Of a DNA stretch of 64,000 nucleotides, positions 48,016 through 61,700 are shown one piece after another (position 1 is the first letter of the stretch; every line of letters begins with the position of its first letter). Made by a program: the position numbers and the translations under genes. This stretch comes from Eukaryota sp. TZLM1-RC (taxonomy: Eukaryota > Protista > Metamonada: BaSk clade), in assembly GCA_040285825.1 (NCBI GenBank), contig JAUPSS010000001.1:1364001-1428000 (forward strand). The letters run 5' to 3'. Under the pieces are notes generated by a model that was given only the letters and a program-made list of their open reading frames with translations, did not search any database and had not been told where the DNA came from.

Positions 48016-49499
48016 CACAATAATCGATGCACACACAATCTGTTCGTGTTCAATCTAGTTTTGCTCAAACATAATTGACGTGGGTTGTTGAGTATTTTAT
48101 TTAATGATGGAAGTTGTTTTTTAGAATGTTACACTAGCATAATGTTTGATGTTCATGACCACAATAGTGTTTGTCGGCCGGTCAGTTGCAGGCGGATTTA
48201 ATTCTCGTTTAACGAAAGGAACAAGAGGAAAAGTGAATTTGACATGAACATATTGTTCTCAAAGTTTGATGAAAATAATGTGTGTCTCAACAGCAATTCT
48301 ACTATTTTGCGGTTATTTATTGTGGATCATCCATAATTCCTCAGAATATTAGGGAAACTGAGAGCAATTCTGAAAGAAAGATGAACATCAATAACAACCA
48401 AACCAAGTTTCCACTTCTTAACTGAATAAAAGACCCAGTGTGAGGGAGCTGCCAAACTTGAACAATCTAGAGTTTTATTTTCAATCAATTGTGTGAAAAT
48501 GGTTATAAAGTTAAGAATTTCAATTATTTAATTACTTTGACCAAAAAAATTGAAGGTCAAGGGTTTTTAAATTATAAGAGCAAACAAAGTTCAGTCTTTA
48601 CGAACACCAAAATATGTATCATAGCCAACTCCAATTTATTTTCCAAGAAGCTTTCGAATAATTTTGATGCTGCTCTAGTTGTTCAATTATGGACAACTTA
48701 TGGATTGAATTCAAAAGACAACGCAGTTCTATTGTCTGTTGTCTTCATTACTGTTGTATTATGTTTGCAACACTTCACTGTTGGAACCTTGTTGGACTTT
48801 TTTTCACTCAAGTTTGTTGGTTATCTTTTTGAAATCAAACCCATTTATTCTCAAAAAGTGATGTAATTACCTAAATGCAAGCCATGGTTCCAAACACATA
48901 TACGAAAAACCTTTCTACCTAGTTTTAATCTACAAAGCTCCATGCTGCTCCCACCATACCAGTAATCTGATCATGAGAAGGAAAGTGGTCATGTGAATGC
49001 AAAAATCCTAAGTTACCGAGTACAAAGATACAGCAATTGATCTACTCAATCAACTTTCACCGAGATGGAAAGAAGTTGTCATCAAGAAAATGGCTTTTTT
49101 TCTTTTAGATTGGTATTTGCCAAAAAAATTTATTAAAATACCCTACGGACATGGATTAGGCAATCTAGCAGATGAAATGATAAATGAAAAGAAAATCAAA
49201 CTTCATGAACATGAAACTGAACAGCAAAGAAATAGTCGGATGATGAAACAAGACCAGAAGTACAAATGGTTGAGAATGACTCAGATGTCCTGGTCTTTGA
49301 AAAGTAGAATAAATGAAATGCAAAATCGATGTGCGACAAAGTATACTGAGGTACATTACGACAGGAACCAAATGATATAGTCTAACGAAATGACAATCGA
49401 AGATGTAAACACCGAATTATCTGCGTTTGCTGCCATTTCAGCAAATTTTATATATTTTTCCACTTTTGTGGCTGCCAAACTTCGGCAAGTGTTTTTGAC

Positions 49500-50050
49500 A
49501 AGTGACTTTTATAGTCTTGACTTGTGGAGCATTCGTTAAATGCAAGCTATTTTCACAAGCAAATGACTGTAAGTTGGTTGTTAAAAAGCCTTGTTCAGAA
49601 TTTTGGCAACCCAAAAGACACTTTAATACTAATGAATGATTATGGTAAAAAAGGTTCCAAGAATTTGAAACATGAGAGACCTACTAGAGGCATTGAATGA
49701 ATTCAATTTCTGAAATGAAATGGATTTAATCTATTAATGATTATTGAAGCTTTCACTTCAGCAAAATATCCTGTTTGTTTTGAAAAGGTTGCTACGTTTT
49801 TGAGAGTAACAAATCCCAGATTCTATAGAAGAGAAACACTCCTGTTACTACTTGTCATGGTTTATTAGCTTGTAATAGTGAGAGTTGCAAACTAAGTAGA
49901 ACAGCTCAACGCAGCTGTTCAATAGAAATAAGTTGGCTTGTCTGAATATGTTTGCAATTGCTGAAGCTAGAATGAGTGGAAATGAAAGGCCTAAGTATCT
50001 GTGTAGTAGATAGTTTTTGTAATTATTCCACACGAAAATTGATCGTGTAC
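49500..50050 (+). mobile_element. possible very degenerate hAT dimerisation-domain relic
   Basis: Fragments reading KYP, PVTTC, TAQRSCS and NER resemble PVTTCTAERSFS...ERL. Confidence 0.35.
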
Positions 50051-50082
50051 ATATGGGAAGGAATTTCCCATTACCCAGTTCA

Positions 50083-51936
50083 ATGCAATCGCTAACAGTT
50101 TTCACTGATCTGACCAAGCTTCCTGTGAGTCTCTCTGTGCCCTCCGATATTTCTTACGATGATCTATTCCGGTTTGTCTCAACCGCTCTTTCGAACCAAT
50201 CATCCCCTATCCACATTCCTGATAAATATGGCATTTACTTCATCAATGCTTCTAATCAAATCGTGTGGCTTACCTCTGATAACATGAAACTTCTCAAAAC
50301 CACTGCCATCATCAAACTTGCCTCATTCTTTTGTGATCTCACCGTTTACATTTCTTCCTCACAATCATCTCTCTCCTTAAACACAGACATAAGACGTCCT
50401 GTTTCGTCCATTCTTTCATCTATCTCTACTTCCCTTGGACTTGACGATCACTATATCTCCTCTCAATTCTGTCTATGTTGCTCCAATCCTAACCACAACC
50501 CTATCACTAACCCTAAACCATCTTGTATTCTCAATCCTGCACTTCCGCTTGGTCTTCAGCATGTGACGTCACGTGATTCCCTCCACCTAGTTCGTCTTGC
50601 TTACACATCCCCTAAAGAACAATTAGTCTCTGAAACTGTACTTTCTATCTTTTACCTCGATCTTACACAAGCTATTATTAATCAAAAATTCCCAATAACT
50701 GAAGGTCAAGCTGTGGAGCTAGCATCATTATCTATCAGAATTAGTAAAGGTGCTGCGTTGAAATCATTAAAAAATATCGATTTAAATGAGTTTGTACCAA
50801 TTAATTTTGTTAATTCGTCTGCATTACAGAATAGGATTTTCAGTAATTATAAAACGAAGACTTCAATGTCTACCTTTGATGCGAAATTGGCTTTTGTGCA
50901 GTTAGTTGAGGTTTTGCCTTCATTTGGAATTTCAAAATTCCATGTTACCCAGAATAGAATTAGTTTTTATCTGTCTATTTGTAAGGAGGGAATACTACTG
51001 ACACGTCATGCTGACATTACGAAACGTGATTTTCAACAAAAGTCAGCTGAGAGTCAACAAAAGTCAAAGACGGAAAAGCCAAGAACATTAAGTGTTGGTC
51101 AACGAAGGTCAGTTATAGAAGATACTTATTTCTGTATCAAAGACATCAGTGGGCTAGCATTTGACGAATCTAATATTGTTATTGACTTTTCTCAAACTCA
51201 AGTAGTTTTAAATTCAATTCAATCAAAATTGATAGGAGAGACTATTGTTAAATACACTCAACTTTTGGACACGTGTCATGGACTGTCGTTAATGAAGGAT
51301 GTTGAGGGCTATGTTGGGCTTTCAGTATTGAGGAATAAGGTAAGTTCTTTATTGGGAGAGGTAAATGAGTTGAGAGAATGTTTGGGAAAACGAGATGATG
51401 AACTGGCAGAGTGTCAGAGTCTTGTGAAGTCAAGAGTTGAAGAGATCAAAGAAAGAGATGATGAACTGGCAGAGTGTCAGAGTCTTGTGAAGTCAAGAGT
51501 TGAAGAGATCAAAGAAAGAGATGATGAACTGGCAGAGTGTCAGAGTCTTGTGAAGTCAAGAGTTGAAGAGATCAAAAAAAGAGATGATGAGCTGGCAGAG
51601 TGTCAGAGTCTTGTGAAGTCAAGAGTTGAAGAGATCAAAAAAAGAGATGATGAGCTGGCAGAGTGTCAGAGTCTTGTGAAGTCAAGAGATGAAGAGATCA
51701 TTGAGCTTAAGCGTCAAATTTTGGAAATGTCAGAGACAATTGAAGCTCAACAAACCCAAATAGAATCAGTCAGTTCAAATGTACCTCAAAATTTGGTTCC
51801 AAAAGGATTTGTCAGATCTTTTGCCAAACCTTATTTTGAATTACAAAGCAGCCATGATAATTCATTAAAACAGGTAGTTAGTGTAAATAAAAAGCTGGAT
51901 GAAGATTGCAGAATCATTGGTGTGGATCATGAGTAA
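50083..51936 (+). CDS. FERM-domain (talin-head-like) protein with C-terminal repetitive coiled coil (start 50083 or 50053)
   Basis: FERM central motifs YLD..QAII...FPITEGQAVELASL..I and MSTFDAKLAFVQLVEVLPSFGISKF. Confidence 0.82.
   Translation: MQSLTVFTDLTKLPVSLSVPSDISYDDLFRFVSTALSNQSSPIHIPDKYGIYFINASNQIVWLTSDNMKLLKTTAIIKLASFFCDLTVYISSSQSSLSLNTDIRRPVSSILSSISTSLGLDDHYISSQFCLCCSNPNHNPITNPKPSCILNPALPLGLQHVTSRDSLHLVRLAYTSPKEQLVSETVLSIFYLDLTQAIINQKFPITEGQAVELASLSIRISKGAALKSLKNIDLNEFVPINFVNSSALQNRIFSNYKTKTSMSTFDAKLAFVQLVEVLPSFGISKFHVTQNRISFYLSICKEGILLTRHADITKRDFQQKSAESQQKSKTEKPRTLSVGQRRSVIEDTYFCIKDISGLAFDESNIVIDFSQTQVVLNSIQSKLIGETIVKYTQLLDTCHGLSLMKDVEGYVGLSVLRNKVSSLLGEVNELRECLGKRDDELAECQSLVKSRVEEIKERDDELAECQSLVKSRVEEIKERDDELAECQSLVKSRVEEIKKRDDELAECQSLVKSRVEEIKKRDDELAECQSLVKSRDEEIIELKRQILEMSETIEAQQTQIESVSSNVPQNLVPKGFVRSFAKPYFELQSSHDNSLKQVVSVNKKLDEDCRIIGVDHE
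51391..51700 (+). repeat. coding tandem repeat, 63 bp x ~4.9
   Basis: RDDELAECQSLVKSRVEEIK(E/K), near-perfect at DNA level. Confidence 0.95.
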
Positions 51937-52729
51937 GTTAAGATTAACGTTTGGTTTTGTCAGTTTTCTTTCTTTCTTTTGTATAGTGTATTTTAAAGAA
52001 ATTGTGTAAAATCTTTGTTTTTTTGCATATTGACTCACTTTGTCCATACCATACCTTTTAATTCCATGTTTCCAATAAGTACTACTGGATTCCTTTGAGT
52101 TTTTGGAATTCAATATATTTATTATTATATTGATTTATTTATTTCTATTCAATATTTGGAATTCAAAGGTATGGTCTATACCAACAAAACCAAGGGTGAT
52201 CTTTGAATTTTGTTTCAATTTTTGTAAAACCACAAACAATGAAGAGATTGACGATTACCTCGGGGAAATTCTATTTCAAAATAGTGAGAGTTGCACTTTA
52301 TAAGTGGCTAATGCTCTATAAGGTCAGATATAACAAATAATTACATTTCTTGATGTAATAAATGAAGAACATTAGATTAAATTTTGCCAAATGTAATTCA
52401 CCCAAAATCAATTATTTCAAAGATTTACTTCAAAAAATACATCAAGATATACACCTTCACATGAGATCTCCAAAGCTATTAACAAAAAGAAAAGCTACAG
52501 GTACAACTGGAATTTCTTCCTTATTTTCTTCAAGTAGTTAATTGTAGTGATTTCCATTTCTACAAAAAGAAAAACAATTTTTGATAAAATAAAATCTGAT
52601 TTTTTTGTGCACCAGCAATACCCTTCTCTCAAAATAGTTGCATATTTGAATTATATTTCTCTCACTAGATAATGTGATGGACTGTAATTGGTTGCTCTTC
52701 TTATTTCCGATTCATATCAAAGTAATGAA

Positions 52730-53690
52730 CTTGATCTTAATGCGAGCAAATGCCTTCTGGATATTCTTGTGATTAAAGAAGCTCTTTTCCCTTTGGTAAT
52801 AATAGTAGTGAAAAATTCATCTTTTAATTTTTTTTAAAATTCTTGGAAATGTGATATAGGTAATGTGCCACAAATTCTGAATGAATTTCACGGTATTTTG
52901 GAAAAACTCAAAATTCAAGCGGATTCAATTTCTGTAGATTCAGAAAAACATATTAAATTTTTCATGCTTAAAATTTGCTACACTGGGAGAATAACCCACA
53001 TTTTGAGATCTTGTGCTCCTTCCATAGCATTAGATTTTTGTGGATCTTTCAATTGATTAATAACTGAATTTTCTGTTGTTTTCTTGGACTTACATCCAAG
53101 AAAGTTGAAAAATCATCTACTTTAATCAGCAAATTTTGGAAATGCTAGACTTACAAATTTTGAAGGTGCCAGACTTACACAGTACTCTATTATGTGCCAA
53201 TCAGCCTTATTGGCAAAAGTACAAATTTTCGCTATAATATTTCTCGTAAATATCCTGACGATTGTCAACTATTAGATCCTATTATCAATCTATAGTGAAA
53301 TCAGTTCAGTTTCAAACTAAAGATTACCATCCCAGATCTGGACCAAATGTTTCCCTCATTCAATTGGGGAAATTCCGTGCTGAATCGATCTCTTTTAAAT
53401 TTGCAGTTTTTGTGTGAAAAAGGTGAGAAAATATTATTGATAATTTTTGAAAGTCTGTATTAAGATGAAAAACTTGACATTATGATGAAAAACTTGGCTT
53501 CGAACAAAAATCCCGCTGTTGCAAATCTTTTACAAGATATGTGTGATAGTACTTCTTCTGCTTCAGTAACAGTCATTCTTCAAGTTTATGACACTCTCTT
53601 AACTTATTCTTCTTGAACTTTGAATATGAGACTTCGTTACCTATTATGGACTGCTAATTTGCCTCATAATTGAATTTGTAAGTGTTTTTG
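52730..53690 (+). mobile_element. degenerate RLE non-LTR fragment (post-RT region to zinc finger)
   Basis: EKHIKFFMLKICYTGRITHILRS matches the copy at 21593-23614; many stops. Confidence 0.8.
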
Positions 53691-53739
53691 AAAAATTTCA
53701 ATTGAATTTGTCAAAAATAACAGTAAACAAATAAGTTAT

Positions 53740-54745
53740 CGACCTTCCACACTTAAGAAAACAACTTCATAACTAATGGGATGAGATTCATTGAACCAAC
53801 AATTGTCCTACAAAATCTTGATCTGCTAGCTGTCTAGCTAAAGCTTCTAATTCGATTGAAAAAATTAGGGAGAGATGGATTATGACAAATTGGATTCAAA
53901 ACTGCCATAAAAAATATCAAATCTTTTCATTGTGTTTTCTTGAACCATTTTTTGGAAGTTATTCAAAAAAGCTTCTACTGCTACTGATAGTCTATCGTTT
54001 ATCGAAAATGGGAAAACATTAAAAGCAAGTGGTCTATTTCTATCAGCATTAGCTTCTTCGATATCTTGATCATATTTTCTATGTTTTTCTTTTGCTTTAA
54101 AAGCAAGAGCATTTACTGGATTAAGTTTTCTTCTGTGAACAAAAGTATCATTTGCAACATTACATGAAACAAAGTCAACAATAGCTTCAGAATTATCAAT
54201 CCAATCACAGTATACATCACCTCTATCATCAGAACCAAAATTATTCAGAGAAAGTGTTTCTTTCAGCAGGGGCTCTTTAATACACGAGATTCTTGCAGTT
54301 TGTGCAATAATAAAATCAGTGTCTCTAACAGCATCATGTAATGAAGAACGATAAGTTATCAGTTTCGAACAATTCAGAGCATGGCGCAAAGTGAGTTGAG
54401 GTGAATTCGCACAAATACATTTTTCTTTTGATAATGATTGGTTAATGGGGATATTCAAATATAATCTCATTTTTGTTACAAATGCTTCATTAGTAGCACA
54501 CAATCCAAATCTTCGTGGTACAATGGTGACAGAAAGTGAAGAACCTGATGACTTATTTTCACAAACACCCTTTTCCAATAACAGAGTGAAGATCTTGATT
54601 TGAAACAGCCGATCTGCATATATTATTATAAAGATCATTTTCATACATTCCAGTCAATCGTTTCTTTAAGTTCAAAGTGTGTATTTTGAATTTAGAAAAT
54701 TCTTTTCTGGAATATTACAATTGAAAGATTGGGGAAAGTCCAACC
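53740..54745 (-). mobile_element. 3' fragment of RLE non-LTR element, subfamily C
   Basis: High identity to 14790-15780; CICANSPQLTLRHALNC and DDRGDVYCDW. Confidence 0.9.
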
Positions 54746-54849
54746 TAGTGTGGACTAAGATAAGCATGATCAGGAACTTGTGACAGATTTATCCTAGTAA
54801 TTTTTCTGTTAGATGCCGAAAACATCTTCTTAAATTACTCGGATTCCTC

Positions 54850-55132
54850 AAAATTATTGTCTTTTTTTAGATGATACCGAATTTTCTTGTGACCAAAGAG
54901 TTTTCACCAGCAGAGATTTTGAAAAATTCATTACCGTAAAATAATTGCAAATAATGCTGACTAAAATGAGAGTAAATAATTAATTCTGATTGAGGGAAAT
55001 AAAAAGGCACATCAACTAGAAAATCATCACAATTAAAAGTAAATAATTCAACAACGCTACCAAAACCAATATATTGCAATGATTGGTTATCCATTGAAGT
55101 AGATCCAAAGCAGAAGGTAACAGAGGTTGGTC
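54850..55132 (-). pseudogene. duplicated internal fragment of the giant surface-protein gene family
   Basis: Collinear with ~58960-59241 (NQSLQYIGFGSVVELFT.NCDDFLV). Confidence 0.88.
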
Positions 55133-55580
55133 TTTTAATGCGGCTTCGTTGTTTCATTTGGCCCAATAACGGCCCTCATAATTTAGTTTGCAAATGTGTA
55201 TCAAAAATTTCTCCAAATCATCTGTTTAATTGTAAACATTTTATTACTTTTCGATCAAAACTCCATGATGCAGTTAGACATCAGCTCTATTGTATGTCTA
55301 GATCTCACAGAATTGTCTCCTGTTTCGAACCATTACTTTCTCGTTTGGTTAAATGAGGGCACTTTGAATTCTTTTGGTCGCAACAGAGGAAATTTAATGT
55401 TTGAAGGATTTGATGATACCACTATCATTACTGATGTGAGATTAACTGATGTGTGTAATAATTCATTCATGCAATTAGCTCAGTCAAATCACAAGAATCC
55501 TTTCTCTGTTGTCGAAAATTCAAAAATTGATAAATAGAAAGCAAAGTTGATTTTCTTGAATGCTGAATCTCACACTCAGT
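55126..55580 (+). mobile_element. RLE non-LTR 3' fragment
   Basis: MRLRCFIWP..CKC..HLFNCKHF..HDAVR..EPLL..RG. Confidence 0.82.
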
Positions 55581-55762
55581 GTTATTACATAATCTGTTAT
55601 TTTTTCCAAACTAATATAACTTTAATCATAATCATAATAAATATAATTTTGCAATAAGTTGTAATAAAAAATGGAAAAATCGGTTAAACCATATGGCAAT
55701 GAAAGAAATTGATTTGAATAATTTAAATCCAGTATCAATTCAGCTGAAGCTGAAGCAGTTTT

Positions 55763-58700
55763 CTACGAATAAAAAACATGTAGTATGAGCAATAAACTAC
55801 TGTAAAAAGACCCTATATAAGAAACATAACGATTTTGGTCACCAGAATAAAAGGTTAAAACAAGAAAAACAATTGCCTGAGTAATTAATTGAATTGTATA
55901 AGGTAAATACAATAAAATTAGCAGGAAAATTGCTACTATTAATGACCTAAACCTGTCATTATCTTTTTGTTTCTTGCATATCAAAATAAAACAGTAAACA
56001 GAAACCCCAAACAACAACAACATTTCAATGTCTAGCTTAATCTCAATTAATTTACTATAAATACCAATAAAACCAGTAAACAAGCAAAAGTGACAATAAT
56101 AAGAGTCTTTGAATGGGAAATTATGTCGTAGAACTTTTCTACAAAAAAAATGGTTAACGATGAAACAAAAAATCAACAGCAAAAACCCAAATCTATTACC
56201 AAATAATGATGCACTTAAGGAAAAAGGTACAGTGATCAGAAGAAGATTACCATTAATTACTACTGACAAAACCATCAAAAGTCTCAATGGACAAATTATT
56301 TGTCCTTTAGACCGAACAAGCGAGCGAGCGGTGGTCAAAGGCAGTGAAGGTAGAGTGAACTGTTTCAGAATCTTGTAATAAAAATGGTTCGAAAACCTCA
56401 GGTAATGTTCACTGAGTATCAATAAAAAAGCAAAAACCAAATTAAAAGCTACACTAATTATAAAAGTAAAAGCACTTGCTCCAATACAAATAAACCCATA
56501 CCTTTTGGTTCCATCAATACACTCAGTACAATCAATTCCTTTTGTATTAAATCGACATTGGTTATTTCTACATGAATACCTATAAGGACATGCTATTGCT
56601 CCTGTTTCGAGGGTAAACTTATAACCATTTGAAACAATTGCTAAATCACCATATTCACAAGTACTGAATTTTGGGCACTTAATACAACCTTCTCCGTCAT
56701 CAAACTCAGATTTTGGACAAACACATTCACTGATATTTGAAGTCCCAAATGATTTAGTAATTTTGTCTTGTGGACAATTGATACATTGTCCTAACAAAGG
56801 ATTATCCAAATAATAACCCAATGGACAAGGTTCACATTCCCCTACAGGACCAAGAACTGTTCCTGGCTTACAATGACACTCGTTATTTAGGTTAATTCTA
56901 GTTGGATCACAGTCGTTTAAGGTAAACATAGCTGAAGCAAGTGTTGATTGGTGAGAGAATAGTATTTCAGTTTCACCTAATGGTAAACCAGTTACTTCTA
57001 ATTCATTAAAACTTGACACATAGTGGGTAATCATTAAATCATGTGATAAGTCAACTTCATATAAACTGAGTGATTGGGTATAATTGACCAGTAAATCTTG
57101 AGTATTTAGTGTTAATTCAAGAGTAATAAGGACACAACTACTATAAAACAAATTGAAACGATTACAATGATTAATTTGAAGCAGATTTACTAATAATTCC
57201 TTTTTAAATTCTTGAAGAAGTAGAAAATTCAACTTTGATTTATCTGCAATACCAAAATGGATTGAATGATTTCCTGGATAGACACCTTGAATATCAAACT
57301 TAATTGAATTAAACGACTGAATATAATAATGATTATAACTGAAACTTGTAAAATTAAATAAATTCGATTGACCAGAATCAAAACAATTAACCATTAAGTT
57401 GTTTGAATCCCGACACTGAAGTTTTAAAATAAATGAGTTTGAAATCATAGTAATTGTATCATTTACTAAAATGATAGATTGTGGTTTTTGAGGTTCAATT
57501 AAAGCACTCAGCATTGACGTGGAATAGTAACAATCAGAAGAAGAAAATGAATAATTGACAGTAAAGGGTTCTGTGATAACTTCACTCAAAATTGTATTGT
57601 CTAACAGTTTGTAAATTGAGCCAAACATTTCAAACATTTCTCCAGCAAATTCATAATAACCACCAATAAACAGAAAATCTCCACTAGGTGTTATTCCTAA
57701 GAAATCATCAATTGGTCTCAAACACTTGTTAGTTTTGTATCCATAAATTTCAACTTCAAATAGTAGTAAATCTTCTAGTATTTCAAAAGAAATTGAGGTC
57801 ACATTACTAAAATCAACCTCAATACTACACATTAAAGCATCATCAAAACCATTCAAAAGTGATTCACAATTCCATAAATCATTGGTGGAATTACCAAGTC
57901 TAATTGGTGAGTTTTGTACTGAATTCGAACAAGAAGAATTAGTGGTAAGAGTAATTGAGGTTATTTGGTAAGTTTCTGTAAATTGAATGGTGAACTTCTC
58001 TCCAACTTTGAAACTAGAATAGCAATTACCAGTTGCAACAAGGCAACACCTAGTTTTATCGAATAAGTGAATTAGTGGTTGCTTATTGACAAACAAATCT
58101 GTATAGTGAACATGAGAAACGTGATCTGGAACGAAACAATGATCTACAAAAAAGGGTTCAGAAGTTAACTCCAAACTACCAATTTCCAAGTCAAAATAGT
58201 AAATACTAACCTTAACAAATTCCTTGTAAGTAGAAATAATGACATTTTTGCAGATCAGATTTAAACCATCAATGATGATATCAAATGATTTACTTTGAAT
58301 GACACAATGTAATGGTGGTTTGATTTCAGCATAAGTTTCCATAACGACATCTCTAGGTTCAAAAAAGGAAACCGTAGAATTTGAAAAGAGTTCAACGTCA
58401 AAAATTTGTAATTCTGCTACCAACATTGTGCCAAATAAATCAGAATGTAATTCTAAATTGAAAAAGGTTACAGGTTTAGTTAAGTTCAAATTACCTGGCG
58501 TTAGAATAACCTCAATTGTTTGAACATAATATGTTAAATTCTCCACAAATGAAGTCAACCTGTAGGCCAGATATTTATTGTCAATAGCCAGGGAATAATC
58601 GTTGAAGCTACTGAATCCTGATTCAATTAAAGCAGTCAAAGTAATATTATCAGACTTTAAAAGATAACTATTTCCCAATAACTCCAATTTTGGTGGTTCA

Positions 58701-61700
58701 ACTATTTGAAATACCATTTCTTTTGTAACTGTCGACTCGTGATAACTAACCACTAATTCAATTACACACACCCCCACTTCAGATCCAAATACTTCTAATT
58801 CGATCTGGGTATCAGTTGAAGAATATTTAACAAAACATTTACTTAACGAATTAATCTCAAAATATGTATCAGAATGGGGGAAAGTAATTGAACAATTATA
58901 AGAAACATTGACTTTAATAACCCTCAAAATATGGCCAAGTTCAATCATTTCTGATACCGTTCTAGAGTTAAGAAATAATGAATTTCCTTCTTTTTGTGTT
59001 ATCAAAGAGTTTTCACCAGCACTAATTTGCAAAATCTCATTACCATATGATAATTCCAAATAAGACTGACTAAAACGGGAGTAAATAATTAATTCTGATT
59101 GAAAGAAATAAAAAGGCACAATCACCAGAAAATCATCACAATTAATAGTAAATAATTCAACAACGCTACCAAAACCAATATATTGCAATGATTGGTTACC
59201 CATTGAAGTAAATCCATAGGTGAAGCTAACAGAGGTTGGTCCTTGAATAGAAAAATCAATCACTTTACCACCAAACAAAAATGAATGTTCCCAAAGACTG
59301 CTGTTGTAAAAGTCAATATTTTCACCTGTCAAAGTAATTGACACGTCAGTTGTCTTATATTCCCATTGAACTAAGCTTGGACTTAATGAATCAATAGTGA
59401 CTACTTTTGGTAAGCCTTGAAGAGTATTACAAAGAGATTCAGAACACAACTGGAAACTTGCTTCATTACTTTCTCTTTTGACTACTAAATTAATCAACAT
59501 ACATCCAGATTCATCAAATTCATAATCAGTAATTAAGACAGTACCATCACCAATTGGGAAATAGTCATGTAAATCAACATTATCAAAAAGTACACAAACT
59601 TTAATTATGCAGATTTGGTGTGTAATACAAATATAGTCTGTGGGTAGAACATAAAAATCTACAACTGGAACTTCTATTAACTTCACAAAATTCTTAGACA
59701 GCTGAACAAGAAGCTGCAAAGTATCAACTCCAGCTAGGTCAAAATTGAGCTCAAATTCAGTAGGGCCAGCAATCGTCCAGTTTAAAGGAACATTGCCAAC
59801 AACTTCTATATCATTACATTGGGATAATGTATTAAAGGTTAAATCTTGATTCAAAGTCAATGAAATATCCTCATCAAATGGGTTGAGTAGATGTGAACTT
59901 GTAATATAAGTTGGAAAATTAATTCCCAACTGGTAAGTATTAGAAACCTGTCCACCAATGGTAATAACTATTGGAACATTGCTGAATGATAAATTACAAA
60001 TATTTTCTATTTTTAAAACGATAACTGTATGGTTTATAGAAGTCAGAGAGTAAAGAAAAGTTGAATTTTGCAACTCCACCTCAACTAAATCTGGACTGTC
60101 AAAGAAATTGTTACCATAAATAACAACAAACTCTTCCAGTTTATAAGGGTTTTGTTTAGCAAAGTCAATTGAGGGAGATTGAAAACAAAAGGTCATAAAT
60201 ACGACAATATTGTCGAGACCTCGTTTGATTTCCACGTCATGACAACCAGCACCTGGAGGGACAATAACTGCGATAGTTTCGTGATTGATTGGGGAATCTG
60301 GTATAAAATTAATAGTACTGCTTGAAAACAATAATAAATCATGACCTAAATTGGTACCGTTTACTATTAATTCTTTACCTTGAGTTGGTGTTGGAGGAAG
60401 TGTAAGCTGTGGTGAACACATTTGCAAAACTGTTGTGCGGAAAAACTGAATAATTGGTGATGAAAAATGAACTGCAAAGTAATCGAGGGAGCTGTTTGGT
60501 GCATAATTGTCCTTGAAACTGATTAATAAGAAATCAACAGAGGAAAAAATATTTTTCGAAGCAGAATTATATTCATGAATCAACACAAAGTCTTCAATTA
60601 ATTCAGCAAAAGAAAAGTTAAATCCAATTTGCCATTCCCTTGTACCAACACATTCATTAATTGTTGATAATTCACCAATCATTAGCTCTAAATCAAGGTA
60701 TTTATCCTTACCTGAAATAGAACTGTTCTCGTCCAACTCAATTGATCTAACCAATACAGAGAGATTTGTATTTAATTCAATAGTGGAATTCAGAAGCAAT
60801 AACCTCGTTAAAGCTAAATAGTCAAGAAAGTTGAGAAAATAAGCAGTAGAGTCTTTGAAATTTAGATCAAAATAAAACATTGTATCAACTAAACAACCAA
60901 TCAAATCTGATTGAATTATAGTAAACGTTGAATTGATGAAACTAATTAAATAATTCTGTTGATTACAAGTAAAAACATTGGGAATTCCATCAAAAGTGTA
61001 ACCAACCATTTCCAATTGGGTTAGTTCCAAAAAACTTTGATCTATATTTAATAAATTACCACTAGTAAGGGTAAGATTGGTTAAATAAGTTTTAATTAAT
61101 TCAATGTTTGATTTCAATGAATCCAATAAGGAATGTACCTCACAATTACAAACATCAAAATCAACTGAAAAGAAATTGGAATCAATAACTTCAATCAAAG
61201 GTGAATCAGAAGTAACTTTTTCAAATGTAACATTTCTAAAGACTACTTCACTAGTGTGTTGGGCTAGCAAAAACTGACCCTTTGAGTGATTAACTATGAC
61301 ATTATTTAATTCAACACTAGATAAAGTAGTATTGATGAACAAAGAGCTTTGACAATTTGAAACATTGAGTGAATTAAAGACAACCTCACTAGTGATGGCT
61401 TCCAAAAGAATTAGGTCAGAGTATACAACAAATGAATTAGAAATGGAAATACTTGAATTGGTAGTAAAAATGATTGAAGGATTGAAATCACCAAAGTAAA
61501 TAGAATCTATTGAAAACTTAATATCAGTTAAATCCATTTTTGAATTTTCAACAAATAATACGTTATCAGATGGATAAACTTGACCTTCAATCAAAAAGTT
61601 GGTCATTTGAATGACTGAAAGATTGAAATACAAAGAAATTCCTTCACCAAGCAGTATTGAATTTAATCCAGTGAATTGACAAAGGTACAGGTCAATAAAG

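Noticed and set aside
50485-50520. CCCTAA-like telomeric sequence
   Set aside because: Short, degenerate and explained by an Asn-Pro-rich loop in the FERM ORF.
51391-51700. CRISPR-like array
   Set aside because: Contiguous 63-bp coding repeats with no unique spacers, in a eukaryotic gene.
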